Source: Macrostomum hystrix (Eukaryota; Animalia; Platyhelminthes). From it: a stretch of DNA of 64,000 nucleotides. The position numbers and the translations under genes are program-made. Shown piece by piece: positions 52,230 through 64,000 of this stretch; position 1 is the stretch's first letter, and each line of letters begins with the position of its first letter. The stretch is from NCBI GenBank assembly GCA_950097015.1, contig CATNEN010000001.1, forward strand, positions 12,834,001-12,898,000, read 5' to 3'. Under the pieces are notes generated by a model. The model made no database searches. It worked only from the letters and a program-made list of their open reading frames with translations, and had not been told where the DNA came from.

Positions 52230-53720
52230 ATCTAGGATCATATTTTTTTGTGTAGGAGCAGGCGTTATTCGATGCTAAAACTAAGGTAGATTTTTTGGCA
52301 TAGCTGGAAGTTTTATCAGATTCAGAGCTAGAAAAAATATGTTAAGCACGGCTAAAAGCGTTATTAATTTTAAGTTGTAACATTTTTTCAAGCATTGCTT
52401 CAAGCGTTATCCGATTCAAATCTCAATGAAGACTGTTCGAGCATAGGTAGCTTTTAACGTTATTCGATGCTAAAACGAAGGAAACATTTTTGAGCATAGC
52501 TGCATGCGTTATCTGATTGAGAATTAGAACTATCTGAGCATAGCTTAAAGCGAAAATGTTTTTAAATTTTCACATTTTCAAGCGCTTTTCAATCTAAAAC
52601 TCAATGAAAACTGTTCGAGCACACGTAGCTTTTATCATTTTCAAACTTAAGAAAAGTGTTTTGAGCATTACAAGAGGTTGAAGCCAAGTGGTTAGGGCGT
52701 CGGACTCATGACTTGAAGGTCGGGGGTTCGATTCCCGACTCCACTGGTACAATGGGTGCCCTTTAGCAAGACACTTAACTCTGCATTTGCCTCAGTTCAC
52801 CCAGCTGTTAAATGGGTACCAGCATTAGCTAGGATAATTAAAGGTGGGTGTGGCGTCCCCCCAGTCCATGGACTGAAAAGCTGTACGCAGCCTTCAGATG
52901 TGCAGCGCAATAGCTGCGGCTGTGCTGTCGGCTGCACATCAGACCCAATTGGGGCAGGTGGAATCATATTATTATTATTACTATTAATTTGAGCATGGCT
53001 GCAATCGTCATTAGATTAAAAAAACTAAGCAGGGAAGCCATCAATATTTATAAAGCATGATAATTTGAAGGAAAACATGAAACTTAAGAATATAGCGCCA
53101 GATAACAATGGATAGCATGAAATGGTATCTAAGGTATAGCACTATTTCTTCAAGATATAGCGTGGGATTTCCAGGCGAAAAAAAAGAGATTTCCAGGGGA
53201 AAACAAAATACTTTAAGGGTATAGCACTTTTTTTCAGAGGATAGAATGATTTGTTGAGGGGATAGCATGAATGATCGACTGTATAGCATAAATTATCCAG
53301 GAGGAAGCATAAATAAACTATTGAAAAAATACTGAATTATCAAAGCAAAACCAGGTAATATCGGCGATGTGGCATGACTTATTGGTGAAAAAAACATGAA
53401 TCATTAAGTTGGCTAGCATGAATTATCTAGGAGAAAGCATAAATCATCAGGGGAAAGCATGACATATCGAGGGGAAGAAAAATTGTGGACGTAAAAGCAC
53501 GAATTATCGAGGGAAAGCAAAATTAACGAGGAATATCATGATTATTCAACTGACTTGCATGAATTATCGAAAGGGAAAGCAAGAAATATCCTGGGGAAGA
53601 ATAAGTTATCGAGGGAAAAGTATGAATTATCGAGAGAAAAGTATGAATTATCGAGAGAAAAGTATGAATTATCGAGGGGAAACATAAATCGTCAAGGGGT
53701 AGAATGAATTATCGAGGGAG
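52230..53720 (+). repeat. Bipartite AT-rich repeat element (A module: ~45-bp GCATAGCT...GTTAT.CGAT units; B module: ~22-bp GCATGAATTATCGAGGGG units), interrupted by a SINE
   Basis: Recurring subunits; a collinear inverted copy lies at 61930-63200. Confidence 0.7.
52669..52987 (+). mobile_element. Full-length CORE-type SINE family A with 9-bp TSD
   Basis: A box AGCCAAGTGG, B box GGTTCGATTCC, CORE-like segment, (ATT)n tail; TTTGAGCAT on both flanks. Confidence 0.9.
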
Positions 53721-53954
53721 AGCCAACCAGCTGGTTCCGGTGGACCACCCCCACAGGCTCTGCGGCGGAGCGCAGCTCATCCACCGGCTAGGCTGGCCGC
53801 AGGCGGCCGAGTTGGCGCTGTACCAGCTTCGGGCGAACCGTGCGCCCTTCCTGCAGGCCACCCGGCCGCGCCCCAACCGCAGCCTGCCCGCACTGCAATG
53901 CTGGCGCGCCCCCGTATGCCTAGCGAGGGATCCGAACCAACACACACCCGTGGG

Positions 53955-55900
53955 GCTGGCGTCCACAATCAGCTGAGTCTGCAGCTCACTGATGAAGAAT
54001 TCCAGCGCGTGGCTGCTGGCGATCGTCGGTTTGATGTCGTTGAATGCGGCCTCTTTCTTTTTGCACAACGTCCACTCAGTGGCCTGCCTTCAGCTCGCGG
54101 AGTGGCCGGGCCCTGTCAGACAGGTTGCTGATGAAGCGCGCCACGAAGGTGACGAGGCCGTGGAAGGAGCGCACCTCGGTCGCGTTGGTCGGCCGCTTGA
54201 AGTTGTTGATGGCCGCTACTTTCTCGGCGCTTGGGTGAATGCCGCATGCCGAGAGCCGCATAGCGAGAAAGTCGACCTCTCTTCGGGCGAAGCGGCACTT
54301 CTTGGGGGTCAGCGTGATGTTGCTGGTCTTTAACCGGGCCAGGCAGTCTCGCAGGCGCTGGTTGTGCTCTTCAATGTTTTTTCGCGTACACCAGGATGTC
54401 GTCGGGCAACCGGCGGACGCCGGTGAGGCCGCACAGGACGGAGGTCATCACCCGCTGGAGGATCTCGGAGGCGGATGTGAAGCCCATGCAGAGCCGGCGC
54501 AGCCGCAGGAGCCCGATGGGTGTGGAGAACGTTAGCAGGTCTCTGGACTACTCTGCGACTTCAATTTGGTGGAAGGCTTTGGCGACGTCCAGCTCCGAGA
54601 AATAAGTCGACCCTGCTATCTCGTCCATCACCTCTTCGAATGTGGGTATAGGCTGCTTCTCTGGGATGACGTACTTGTTCACCTCGCGAAGGTCCTGGGT
54701 GATGCGAACCTCGCCCTGCTCGGCCTTTGGAACTGCGACCATTCTGGAGCACCAGGCTGTTGGACCACGCACTCGTTCGACAATTCCAAGTGCTGGAGTT
54801 GATCTTCCAGCTGCTTTATTACAGCATTCCTTAGGTGAACGGGCACTCGGGATGGCGGCTGGCAGACTGGAGTGGCATCTGGCCTGAGCCTGATGGTGAC
54901 GCTGACTCCCTTCACGCATCCGATGCCTTGAAAGCAGTTGCTGAATTCCGCCAGGATTGTCTGAAGTTGCAGCTGCTTGGGCAGGTGCTGGTCCTCACTG
55001 CTGGCCGACTTGGCTAGGCTGGCCACCACCGCAGAGTTCGTGCCGACTTCCGGTCCGACTTTCAGCATGCCGAGCTTTGTGCTGGACTATCTTCGGAGAA
55101 TCGGTGTGCAGTTGCTGCTGATGACGATGAAATTTGCCTGCATTTCGCGGTGGTTCGCTCTGACAGTGAGCGTTGTTTGGCCGGCTGTCTTCAGCGGCTC
55201 GCTGGTACCGAGCGCAAAGACTGTGGTGCTGGACGGCGAAAGCGGCGTGCCGGGCCGGCAGATTCAGTGGATCGTCGCCATGTCCAGCATGTCGCAGCTC
55301 GCTCCGCTGTCGATCAGTGTGCGGACCGGACTGCCGTTGATGCTGATAACGTACTTGGCGCTGTCGTCTTGCCACTGAGCGTGCAGAACACCTCGTTGGG
55401 TGGTTGGTCGGCTGGCTGGTCCTGCTCGGGCTGCAGTGAGTTGATCTTCGAGCGGCTGCTGAGGCAGGCCTTGGCCAGATGGTTGGCCTTGCTTCTCTGC
55501 TGCCTCGTGCGTCCTGGCCAGCTGGAGAGTGTCCGACAGGCTGATGTTGGGGATGTTCAGCAGGCGCTTCCTCAGTGACTCGCTGCGACAGCTGGCCACG
55601 ATTTGATCCCTGATGAGCGACTGGCGGAGACCCTCGAACTTGCAGGCGTCCGAGCTGCTACACAGTCTGCTGTGGCAAGCCTCTTTGGATTCGCCTTCTT
55701 CCAGGAGACAGTGGCGAAACTTGTATCGAATGAAGAGGACGTTGTCGCGGCCATTAAAATGCGTGCTGAACTGTGCGATCAGCTGGTCGACCGTGGGCTC
55801 GGCTGCGGGCTCGGCTTCTAGTTGCTGCGACTGGGTGGCGATTTCGTTGTACAGGTCGCTTACTTCTTTGCCTGCTGTATACAGAAGGATCTGGCGTTGC
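53955..55900 (-). mobile_element. Decayed Ty3/Gypsy gag-PR-RT-(RH start) fragment
   Basis: Gag SESLRKRLL, protease LIDSGAS, RT QDLREVNK and YFSELDVAKAFHQI, EVRSF.GL, LIVDASPTG; many frameshifts; no LTRs seen. Confidence 0.88.
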
Positions 55901-56099
55901 AGAAGGGGCGGGTACCCTTTTGTTCTTATCTAGTCCTGAATAATGAGAATACTGGTTTTTGGATTGTAATTGTAGCTGTAATTTTGTCTTAGAATCGCTC
56001 CTTTGCATACTACTTCGTCTAGAGACTAGAATTCTCTAATTGAGCTGATCGGACCTGTTTTGAAGGTGCAAAAAAGATCTATCACAGGACAATTTTCTG

Positions 56100-56365
56100 A
56101 AGGCTTGTGGGCATTTCGAAAAATTTACGCCCCTGAGAGCCAACCTCAAAGGCACTGCCTGAAAATGTTCACTGCCTGATAATACAAAATTCAGGGCAGA
56201 TGCAAGCACCTGTGTCTGTGTGAGCGTGTGCCTGCGAACAGTATCTGTGTGCGTATGTGCTCAGGAGCCAACGAAATGGGCAGAATTGCCTCCTTGATGG
56301 TTGGGAGTCTAGTGTCACCAAATTTTATTCCATTGCCCACAGCTCTATTGAAATTATTATTATCA
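56100..56365 (+). mobile_element. SINE family B 3' part
   Basis: GTGTGCTCAGGAG..CGAAATGGGCAGAATTGCCTCC..GTCTAGTGTCACCAAA shared with 9390-9706; (ATT)n tail. Confidence 0.75.
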
Positions 56366-56681
56366 TTTTATACTAGTATTTTCTAATGGGTTTGCTTTTT
56401 CATTAAAATGGGTCCTTGACCTTTTTTCCGATTGCCACAGCGCTCAGTCATTTTCAATCAGTTACTCCGAATCAAAACATGGAAAAGAGTCTCTATTCGG
56501 CAATTATTTTTCCTCATGTAGTTTGAAAACAATAATTATTTCGTAGAATAACCATTTTATTTTCCGCATCAGTTCAAAAATTACTGATGCAGGGAGAAAA
56601 AACCACAAGCCAGACGGGCCGAATTGTAACTTCAATCGATTGTGATTGAAAATCAATTCAGAGCTTATCGTCTATTGCCAA

Positions 56682-58931
56682 TCAAAAAGTGCACAGAGCC
56701 TTGAGAGTTTTGCAGCAGCCGCTCAGCGATTGAGCACATAAGGTCTTGGATTCGGCTATCTCGTTTCTGTCGCGCAGGTACTTGATGTTGTTCCTCCAGC
56801 CGGGACAGTAACCACCCCAGGAGTCGCCCCAGAAGCAGGTCTCGTCGGCGGCCGGGGCCGCATCGTCGGCCGCGCACTCTCCATTCCAGTTGCAGCTCTT
56901 CTTGTTGCCGCAAGGCGAGCCGATCGGTGCGCGAAGGCCACCGTTTGCGACACCGCTGGAGGATCCAGCTGTCGGTAAGCAGAAGATTTCGGCGCAGATT
57001 GTTGCCGGATTCTTTGAGGCGTTGTCAGTGAGAAGAAACTTGCCAGGGCTGCTCGGATAAGCCAGTCGGCACACCTGGTCGAGAGTCATGCGACTGCCCT
57101 CTCGAATCGCAGCAGTCATGGAGGTGTCCGATACGCCCTGACGGCTCTTCAGACAGTTCGCCTTTCCTGGAAAATTCCATATATAACGCTGCATTAACTA
57201 CTTTAAGGAATGAGTGGCAGAGCTGTTGACAAGTTTGCCTCTCGCTCCAAGGTCCCTGAGCTTAAATCCGCGGCGAAGCCACATATATTTGGGGCGCAGC
57301 CGTGGAGAGAAGGCTTGGGGGCTTGTCTTGGAATTTGTGACGCCCTTGGGGGGGGGCAAACCATCAAGGGTTAGTGAAAGAGTATACTACTTGACGATGA
57401 AAAAGTCTGGGTAGATGTACGGTGTCTCTGTGATGATATCGCAGCTGTTCAGTAGACAGAGGAATAGGCAGTATTTTTATTGCTGGCTTCGGGTCTAATG
57501 TCACTAAATAATTTGCCAGTGCTCACAACCATCCTGCAAAATATGATTATCTTCGTCCGTGCAATACAAATTTAGAGATGAATGTACAAGTAGATTAATG
57601 TTTTATTACCAGTGTTAATGTAGTTCTGAATGTACCTCACGGTGCAGGGTGAGAACCGATAGGAGTTCATTACATCGCTGAGACTATAAAAGCCAGCCGA
57701 GGTTGACATGAGATACTTCGAAGCCTTCTTGCACTGATCTTCGTCGTTGTCATGTTCGGAGCCCAAATTGTGGGCCAGCTCGTGCGAAGCGGTGCCCCAG
57801 CTGTGGAGGCCCCTGTCCTCGTTGATGCTCTGGCGCGACTCCTGGCAGGCGCCGCTAACATAGGCCATGCCGCAGACGCCGAAGTTGCCGCCACTATGGA
57901 TGTCGGTGCGCGTGAATGCCATCACGTGATCGGCTCCCTTGTCCTTCGAATAGGTCACTATGTAGCCCAGAATAGCGCTTCCATTGTTGGCTGAAATGCG
58001 GAAGAGAAATTTGAATCTAAGCATGCTCTCACTCACCAATTAACAATGAGAAACTTTTTTTTCTTTATACCGAATGTAAATACAAGCTTGATTTTAAGTA
58101 TCATTTAACACTCACTGTCAGCAGAACCAGCTGGAGGCATCCAGGGTGCGTCTGCCTGGGTCTTGGCCACAGTGAAGCCGATGCACTTGATACTCATCGA
58201 CGGCGAGCCGATATTTCTGAAAGCCGTGTCCACGCCGTTCAAAATGTGCGTGTAGTAGTAGTGAATCTCCGTCATGGCTGTGTCATCGGAGCCATAGATG
58301 GTCTTGAAAGCGTTCCACACAGTGTGATCAGCAAGCAGCCTTATCTCAACCTCGTACTCCGTGGTTCCTTGGTTTGACTGTCGCTTCTTGCGGCTCACAG
58401 CTCGCAAGGTTTTATTCGTGTTAATCTGCGATTCAATGCCATCCGGCTTGGCGATGTTCTTTGTGACTCTGTGCTCTGATTTGCCCGTAGGCTCCAGGAA
58501 GTACGAGACTCCTTCGTGCATCACGTGACCGCTGATGCGCTTCTGACCGTTCACGTGTCGGACGCTGATCACTGACTCGGTGTCGATGTCCCTGTAGTGA
58601 GCGTGGTTGGCGTGATGAAGCTGACGGGCCGAAAACGTCCTCTCGACGCCATTCTCGGCAACTGTCATTGGCACATTCTCGAACGCCTCGGTCTTAGTCA
58701 GTGGAATGCGGACTTTCTTGTTGGTGTACGGCAGTTGAACTTCCAGCTCCATGTTGGACGGATGCGGCCCGTCCAAGCTGGAGCTGGTGATGGACACTGA
58801 GGCTTGAGCCACCGCAGCGGTCAGCACAAGCAGCACTACAAATTAAACGAAGAGGATAGAGAACAGAAAACACTTAAAGCATTAAGGTGCTGAAAATTAA
58901 GAAAATTTCTGAGCTTACCAAGGCGCAGCAT
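56682..58931 (-). CDS. M12B/ADAMTS-like metalloprotease copy 5, more diverged, intact catalytic site. Exons 58931-58919, 58835-58116, 57990-57610, 57166-56682
   Basis: Same 4-exon structure, signal peptide, RKKR, HELAHNLGSEHD, YLMS Met-turn, Cys-rich tail. Confidence 0.87.
57211..57550 (+). mobile_element. SINE family B copy in intron of protease copy 5
   Basis: TCCGCGGCGAAGCCAC..TTTGGGGCGCAGCCG.GGAGAGAAGGCTTGGGGGCTTGTC identical to the 9420-9480 segment. Confidence 0.75.
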
Positions 58932-61929
58932 TTTTGGGCTCGACTTTTGGGCGCGAATCGTTTGGTTTAAAGACTTGCCGGTTTTAAAGCCTGATTAATG
59001 GAACTAACGGCGAAAGTTTTATATGTGTAGCCTTAGGCTGACTAAGGTTCGACTCTTTTTATGCACCGCCGCCTGGCTTTTCTCCAGCGGATATTGTTGA
59101 GCATGCAGCGATTCAGCCATGCAGCCATGCAGCTATTGGATATGGTCTTAGTATCGAAAAAAATTGCTGTTACACTAAAAAACTTGTACTCTTTCTTTAG
59201 AGCGAGAAGAGTAACAATAAAGCTGACAATTACTAGCGTCGACAGCTAGTAATCGAAAGCGCTTGCTATTTATTCTCGAACCAAATAATAGCCCAATAAA
59301 TAAAGATAATAATAATAAGGAACTTACGTTATTCGGGATTCGGGACTCGGGATTTGTGCATTCGTTCTCTCGAGCCTCAACTGCTCTAGCTCGTCTCTCA
59401 AAGCTCGAACTTCTTCTGCTGTCATTTCTGCGTCTGAATATTGTTCTGCTTCAATAAATTCGTCAGCTTCTTTGTTACTATCCTGTGGTGCTTTGCCTTC
59501 TTCGTTTAACTCCGCGTTATACTCTCCTGTGTACTGCACTCTCTCTTGTTCCTCAAATAATCTCTGTCGCTTTTCTCTTCCTAATTATTTCTGCTCTCTC
59601 TCGAATACTCCGTCGGCCAGCTCGTTCACTCGCAACTACTTTAAACAACACACTAACTTTCCAAGCAAGTATCAAAATAAGATGCAAATGCTGAAGGATA
59701 GACTGTGCACTTCCGACTTCGTTGCCGTGACCTCTTCTTATATTTGTCGCGTTTGAAATACGTACACCATTTTTAGTATTTTTTGAGTTTTCTTGCTTCG
59801 CTGATTTACAAATCTCATTCTAAATGCACATTTATAGAATATTTATGATGACGAACTCATATCACTCTTTTGGTTGCTGCACTCTCTGTCTCGTTCACAC
59901 ACGCTCTCTCTCCTTTTCGCATCTCATCTCACTTTTGTTTGTCGTCGTTGCGCAACTACACTCTTTAGCTGACCCTTATTATCTTTTGTCAGCTCGCACA
60001 TTTTTAAATAAATCAGAATTCCATTTAAAAAATTGTGCCCTAATCCCTAACCAACGAAAACTCTTTCGCGCCTTAAGGTCCTATTCAGAGGTTCCTCGAA
60101 TACCAATCCGGTGATGAGGTTCCTATGAGGTTACACTCCCTATTTGCTTCGCTATAAGGGCCCCTATAGGTACGAGGTAACTCGACTACACAAGTGTAGC
60201 CCCATGAGTTTACCTAGTCCTAACCCTATTCTCCTTAAGGGCGCCTACTCGGGGAATCCGAGCAATAAAAGGGCGCACCTTACCTCCTTGATTTCTGCGC
60301 TTGCTGATGTGGGTCAGGTCCGTCGCTCAGATTGCAGAATGATGTCCTTCTCAGGGTCGTCGCGCTCCGTCCCGCGCCACCGCTGTGCCTCCGCTTCGAC
60401 TCGCGGATGACTGACTCCAAGGACCGGCTCCTTCCAGTCCTCCAAGAGGCCGTGGTGCCGACCACTGGCCGGTACTTGTTGGCGTCGTGTAGACTGGGAT
60501 GGGCTTCACGCGTGCCATGGGCCTAACACCATTTTGAATATGAAGCTGGCTCACGTGCACTTCAGAGTGCCTCCTCATTTCAACCGGCGTGTTCTTCGTC
60601 GTGAGTCGTCCTTCGCATGTCGTCTCGCTGAGTCCTCTCGTCTTTCGCACACGAATCATCTCGCTGTGTCGTCTCGCATCTCGTACATGTATCATGTCGT
60701 GGCTTTTTTTTCGTTTTCAGACATGTTCCATATACTCTTTTTATGTTTAATTAAACTTTACGATTTTAGGTTACTTTTTCAACGTAAATCTATTGATGAA
60801 TCACCGCATGTCACTTTAACTCCGTCCTTCGATAATCTCCTGATGTTTATGCCATCTACTTAATGCGCCATTACTTCTCCCCTAGAAAATCTCATGCTGT
60901 CCCCTGGAAAGCTCATGCTTTTTTCTTGAAAATCTAATGCTTCGTATGGGGATAATTGGGCTTTCTCTTCAATGTTGGATTGTCCCAATAAGTATTAGTC
61001 AATAGCGTCTGCCAAGACTACCAAGACTTGGTCGCTCTGAACAACTCGTAGTCGAGTTTTAGTCTTCTCAGTTTTCACTTCGGATCTCGCTCCAAGCTCC
61101 CAGTGTACCAGAAAATCTTTCTAGGCTCAATATATTTATAATGACATCATATCAGCAGTTTTTTAACTCTGCTTTTATCACAGCAATTGTGTTCAGGAAA
61201 AGATTTCTTGTTTCTAATTTATAATAGTTAGGTTACTGTTAATACTAGTATCACATTATGGTAACGTATGTATTAATGTAGCCGCTATCATTCGCTTGAT
61301 TCGCTCCCGCCCTCCGCTGCCTTGTCGTCTGCTTTCGTCTGCGTCGCCTCCTCCGCGTCAGCAGTTTTTTATCTTGGCAGGCTCCAGGCTCGGCCACTTG
61401 AGATTTCTTCTTATCGTCACTCGTGGCCAGGATGAGACCTGCGCTTTGCATAGAGTTGGCGCGCACTTTGCTGTAATCACTTGCTGATATCGATTGCTGT
61501 CGATCCGCTGTTTCTCGCCGTCGTTCGCGGTAGCTGTCGCTGTCTCTGTCGCTGTCGCTCGCCCGCCCCGGAGACTCGTTTTCTATCTCCCATCGAAGTC
61601 TAGACAAGGTTTGAAAATATATAGGCTGCAGTTTTATGGATAGAAAGGAGGACGACAGGTCTCACTAGCTTTGAGCATGAGCATCATGCTCAATGAGCAT
61701 CATAAAAGCCCAATCGGCTATGTACGTTTTACTTACTCAAATCAAATCACCAAATCAGCCAAGAGACCAATATCACTATCGCCATATATAAACGCACGTA
61801 CGGGTGCTAAAAGCAGTGACGCAATCCTATTCGATTGGCGGTATCGGGCCCTCTGTTCGGCTAACACACTCGCGGGTAAGAAAAGCAGTGACGCAATCCA
61901 ATTCAATTAAGAGAATCGGCCCTCTGTGC

Positions 61930-63200
61930 TCTCTGATAATTCATGCTTTCCCCTAGATAATGCATTTTACTCCCTCGACAATTCATGCTTGCTTTCGCAA
62001 ATTCATGCTACCACTTCGACAGTTCGTCTTTTAGCTTGTACTCACGATAATTCATGCTTCCCCTCGATAATTTTAGCAACCGACATTGATAATTTAGCAA
62101 ACCCCTCGATAAAATATGCTACACCTCGATAATTCATGCAAACCGCTCGATAATTTGCAATACATGTCTATAAATTATTTATTGTAAATTTAAATAAAAT
62201 GACTATTTTGTCTATGATTCATGCTTTTCCCACGATTTTTGCTTCCTATCGATAGTGAATGATTTTTCGTCAATAATTCATGTTTTCCTGTCGATACTTC
62301 ATGCTTCCTACTTGATAATTGATGCTTCCCCTTAATAGTTCATATTTACTCTCTTGAAAATCAATGTTTCCTCCTCGATAATTTGTGCTACACCTATATA
62401 AAACATGCTACCCCCGACAATACCTGCAAGCCTCAATAATTCATTCTAGCCCCTCGTTAAACCGTGCTCCCCCATCGATAATCAGCTATTTATACATGCT
62501 CCCCCCGAAAATTCATGCTCAGCCCTCGATAATTCATGCTTTCTCATCAGATTAATGAGCTTATTCTCTTGAAAAAATAGAATATACCTTAAAGTATCAT
62601 TTTATCCGCTGGAGATGCTTTTTTCTCTCGAAAATCGGATGCTATCTGTTTAAGATATTCCCTATATATTTAATGCTTTTCCTCACAAATTCCATGCTTC
62701 ATACTTCATATCTTATCCATGCATTTATCTAGCGCTATGTTCTTTTATTTCCCCGGTGGGACAGCTTTTTGGGGCGCAGGGTGGGGCGCCATGCGCCCCG
62801 CTATACGCCCCCCGCCGGCTGGGTTTCGTCAAATGTTTTCTTCAAAGTAATATTATTTATTCTTTTTTCTTCAAAAAAATATATAAGCCGTCCTGCTTGA
62901 AAAAACAGTCTTCATTTAGTTTTAAATCGAATAACGCTTGAAGCAGTGTCTGATAATTTTTTTTAAATAATAATGCTTTTAGCTATTATTAGCATATTTT
63001 TTACTTCTGAATCTGATAACGCATGCAGCTATGCTTGAAAAAATGTTCAAATGAAAAATGAAAAATGCTAATAACTTTGCTCAAAGTATTTTCTCATATT
63101 TCTGAATCTAATAACGCTGGCAGGTACGAGCGTACGAGTATATGCTCGAAAATTCTTTCCTCTGTTTTGTATCGAATAAAACTTGCCGCAGCTCTCGAAA
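61930..63200 (-). repeat. Inverted copy of the bipartite AT-rich repeat element
   Basis: CCCTCGATAATTCATGC units; reverse complement collinear with 52270-53300. Confidence 0.7.
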
Positions 63201-63509
63201 CTTATTTTATTCTTGTCTCAGAGCGAGAGTATAATTGATCTAACGAATATTTGCTTCGAGAGTAGCTAATCAAAGGCGCTAAATACTAGCAGTTACTTGT
63301 AACTAAAATCCGAAAAAACACTCGTAACAACGGTTACTCATGTTTTTAACTGTTGATGATAGAATAAAAAAGAAACTTATTCAGTAAAAGTGGTGCTGAA
63401 ATTTGACCTGCATTCTGTAAAACAAAAGTACTGATAAACCTCGGAGCTGGATGAAAAGAAAGCGGCACAATGATCGAAGTCGAGATCATTCAATTATATA
63501 TAGGCTGCA

Positions 63510-64000
63510 GCCATGCCATCCCTTGTAAAATCATGCTACCGCGATGGCAGAGCATGCCACCGTACAGATATATCACGCTACCCTCGATGAACCACGCGAC
63601 CCTCTCGACAATACATTCTAACCCTTTCGATAATTACTGCTACCCTCTTGATAATTTATGGTTTCCTCTCGATAACCCATGCTTCCACTCGCGAATTCAT
63701 GCTTCCCTATGATAATTTGTGTTACATCTAGAAAATGCATGCTGTTCTGCTGTTGAAATTTCATGCTTTTCTCTTGATAATGCATGCTTTTTCGTCGACG
63801 ACTCATTCTTCCCCCTAAATATTTTATGCTTCCCCCCTGTATAATTCAGGATAATTTTCGATAATTTCTCGATAATTTTTGCTTACCTTCGAATATTCAA
63901 GTTTTTTTATCGATAGCTCATGCTTCCCTGGATCATTTATGCTGCCGTCTGGAATCTTCATGCTTTCTTCTTAAAATCGTAGGCTTTCTCCTGGAGATCT
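63510..64000 (-). repeat. Further B-module (GATAATTCATGC) repeat, runs off window end
   Basis: Degenerate ~22-bp units. Confidence 0.65.

Noticed and set aside
52675-52745. tRNA gene
   Set aside because: A/B boxes continue into a repeated SINE body with tail and TSD, so this is a SINE head

Overview
This is intron-rich animal genomic DNA, not a prokaryotic window. GC-rich coding exons sit among AT-rich introns, satellites, tRNA-derived SINEs, MITEs and decayed retrotransposons; the style suggests a flatworm such as Macrostomum, but that is inference only. Hand-spliced genes, left to right: (1) a + strand DH-PH RhoGEF of the PLEKHG5/6/7 type, with confident exons at 19707-22709 and tentative 5' exons spread across large satellite-filled introns; (2) a convergent - strand FET-family (FUS/EWSR1/TAF15/cabeza-like) RNA-binding gene with 9 coding exons, about 624 aa; (3) a head-to-head + strand CFAP97 gene, about 429 aa; (4) a tandem cluster of five secreted M12B (reprolysin/ADAMTS-like) metalloprotease copies, of which two look intact, one has an E->Q active site and no furin site, one is a C-terminally truncated chimera, and one is a LINE-disrupted remnant. 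The most interesting observations: a candidate autoregulatory module in the FET gene, made of a 41-nt frame-breaking microexon whose skipping gives an NMD-position stop plus an adjacent ~430-nt sense-strand, highly base-paired intronic RNA island; a terminal micro-intron in the RhoGEF that switches a PDZ-binding motif on or off; and a protease/pseudo-protease array shaped by gene conversion. The long ORFs over the satellites are artefacts. All gene models were derived by eye from GT-AG sites and phase continuity, and none has transcript support here.
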